Source: Nageia nagi (Eukaryota > Plantae > Pinophyta). Taken from it: 64,000 nt of DNA. Each line of letters begins with the position of its first letter. Positions within the stretch are counted from its first letter, which is position 1. The notes under the pieces are model-generated. The model was given only the letters and a program-made list of their open reading frames with translations. It had not been told where the DNA came from and did no database searches. Position numbers and translations under genes: made by a program. The stretch covers positions 191,828,001-191,892,000 of the forward strand of contig JBITNC010000001.1 in assembly GCA_050084985.1 (NCBI GenBank). Reading direction: 5' to 3'. This document shows, one piece after another, positions 62,101 to 64,000 of the stretch.

Positions 62101-64000
62101 AAAAATTTTTCACCCTGGATTGGGTCCCCAAAGGGAAAAATTGGTGCTTAACCCGAACACTCAAAAAATTCATTGCGGGGCCCGAATATAGTAGCCAAAT
62201 TTTTTGTATTGTCTTTTTTTGTTGATGACTGATTAGACTTTTTTTTTTTCAACCCGAATAACCAACTTTTTATTTCAGCTTCTAGATTTTCTTTTTTTTT
62301 ACTAAAAAAGTATTTGCAGGTTTTTCATTTGCTTAGTTTTTGTTTGATAAAAATTTTTGGGGCCCCTTTTCATACCGGACCCTCCAATAAATATGAAATG
62401 CAGATTTTTTGTCTTCTTTTAAAGTTTTGGCTTGAGTTTATAAAGCTTTTTTTTTGCGGGCAAGTAGGGCTTTGGGGGCCCCACCACCCCCCTTTTGGGA
62501 AAAATTAAAAGGGGTAACCTGGAATTTTCTTTACCTTTATCTTCCAAATTTTCTTAAAAAAAATTTCCCTTTTTTTAAAAAAATTTTTTCTTTTTCGGGG
62601 TTTAATTAATGAATTGGATGCTGAAAATATGAAAACGGCATTTTATGTTTTGGGAATCAAATCAGAAAACTTAAAAATTTTGATCGTACTTTAGTTTTGA
62701 CCTTTTTTAAAAGGCATTGCGGAGGGGTTTTTCCCCAAAATTTTCTCTTTTTTTTTAAAAACAGGGAAGGGCCCGGGTTTTAAAGGGGGGCCCCCAAAAT
62801 TTTACTTTTTTTAAAACCCCCCCCAAAAAAGGGTGATTGTTTTTCATCCCAAAAAAAAAAGGGGAAATTTTCATTTTTCCCTTTTCCCCATTTTTTTTTC
62901 CTTTCGTTTTCAAGCCTTTGGTTTTTTGGGGTTTTTGGCTTTTTTGGGGTAAATTTGGGGCTAAACTTTTTAAAATTTTAAAAATTTCATTTGCTACTTT
63001 TGGGTGTTTTTTTAAAATTTTTTTGGGAATTGGGTTGATTTTTTTTTTTTGGAGATACTTCAAAAAATTTTTAACCCCCAAAATTTAAAAAAAATTTTCA
63101 TGGGGGGCCCCTTTGTAAACTTGGGGTTCCCCCTTTTTTTTGGTTTTAAAAACTTCATCTAATAAAAAAGTTTGGGGGTGAGTTTTAGGGGGGGTTTTTG
63201 AGAAAACTATGGTTTTTCTTTAAAATTTAAAAAAATTTTTTTTAAAGTTTTGGTTTTTTCCCAAAGGGGAAAAGGAAAAATAAAGGCCCAACATCACAAA
63301 TTTCTCCCCCAAATTTTAAATTTTTTTAAAATTTGGGGGGCCCAAATTTAAACTTTTTTGGGGAGCAAAAAAAAGGGAACCCCCCCCCTGGGGGGGGAAT
63401 GAATTGGGGGACTTTTTTTAAAAAAGGGGAAAATAAAATAAAAATTTTGGGGAAACCCTTTTTGGGGGTAAATTTCTTTCCTCCCTTTGGGGGAAACCCA
63501 CAAAAGGGGCAAAGCTAAAAAGATTTAAAACTGATTTTGTCGATTTTTTTTCCCGAATCGGGATAAAAAAAAACGCCCCCCCATGCAATTCCTTTTTTTA
63601 CAACAAATGGGGGAAATAACTTAATCCACTTTTCTTTTGTTAAAATTTTTTTACTTTAAATTTTTCCATTAAATTTTCCCCTTCCCTTGCCTTTTAGAGT
63701 TCAAGTAAATTTGTTTTTTTAAATTACTTGGTAAATTTTTTTTGGGAACATAGATTTTTTTTTTAAAAAAATTTTAAAAGTTTGAAAAAAGGGGGAACAG
63801 GGGGAAAAAAAATTTAAATTTAGCAAAAAAAAAAACCCCCAAAGGGAAAAAAAAACCCAAATTTCCCCTTTTTGGATCCTCATCTCCCCCCCCCAAAAGG
63901 GAATTTTTAATTTCATGTGAAAAAAAAATTTAAAAACAAACCCCTTTTTCCCCCAAAAAACCCCCTTGGGGGGTTTTTAATTTTTTTTCCTCTAAACATT
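59150..64000. other. Low-quality, homopolymer-inflated assembly segment; includes a garbled minus-strand A-family LTR (~59520-60530)
   Basis: Abrupt excess of A/T/G/C runs; LTR remnants such as ggcaaaggtgctccaccaatgc and ccggatctc match 33320-33520. Confidence 0.8.
62458..62521 (+). CDS. Probable penultimate HSDH exon, corrupted by sequencing errors (approximate bounds)
   Basis: ttttgcgg-g caa gta ggg ctt ... ttg gga aaa att aaa agg ggt aac ctg resembles the expected QVG(I/L)...PLG(R/K)LRGSDN exon in content and length; lies in the error-rich region. Confidence 0.45.

Noticed and set aside
59530-63916. Numerous K/F/G/P-rich ORFs
   Set aside because: Products of homopolymer-inflated low-quality sequence

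Overview
Eukaryotic plant genomic DNA; a large-genome gymnosperm/conifer is inferred from the giant TE-filled introns. A + strand host gene encoding a stand-alone homoserine-dehydrogenase-family protein (At5g21060-like) crosses the window. Seven clean GT-AG exons lie at 14096-15450 and 44510-45825, and one or two garbled final exons probably lie near 62.5-62.8 kb. The introns (>14 kb, 29 kb, ~16.6 kb) are packed with nested Ty3/gypsy-derived LTR elements, several of which can be unpacked by their target-site duplications. No RT, RNase H or integrase was recognised anywhere. Main observations: (1) a family with Gag plus TWO tandem aspartic-protease domains (two independent copies); (2) a family with giant 3.8-5 kb LTRs, a palindromic 18-bp terminus, arrays of ~50-bp palindromes and a ~1000-aa accessory ORF, twice inserted co-oriented into solo LTRs of one other family; (3) an intact LTR element carrying ~3.3 kb of long unrecognisable ORFs instead of gag-pol; (4) an element with TA instead of TG starting both LTRs; (5) two copies of an ATCGGA-rich hAT-like MITE. 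Sequence beyond ~59.2 kb is homopolymer-inflated and unreliable. Element labels A-K are my own.
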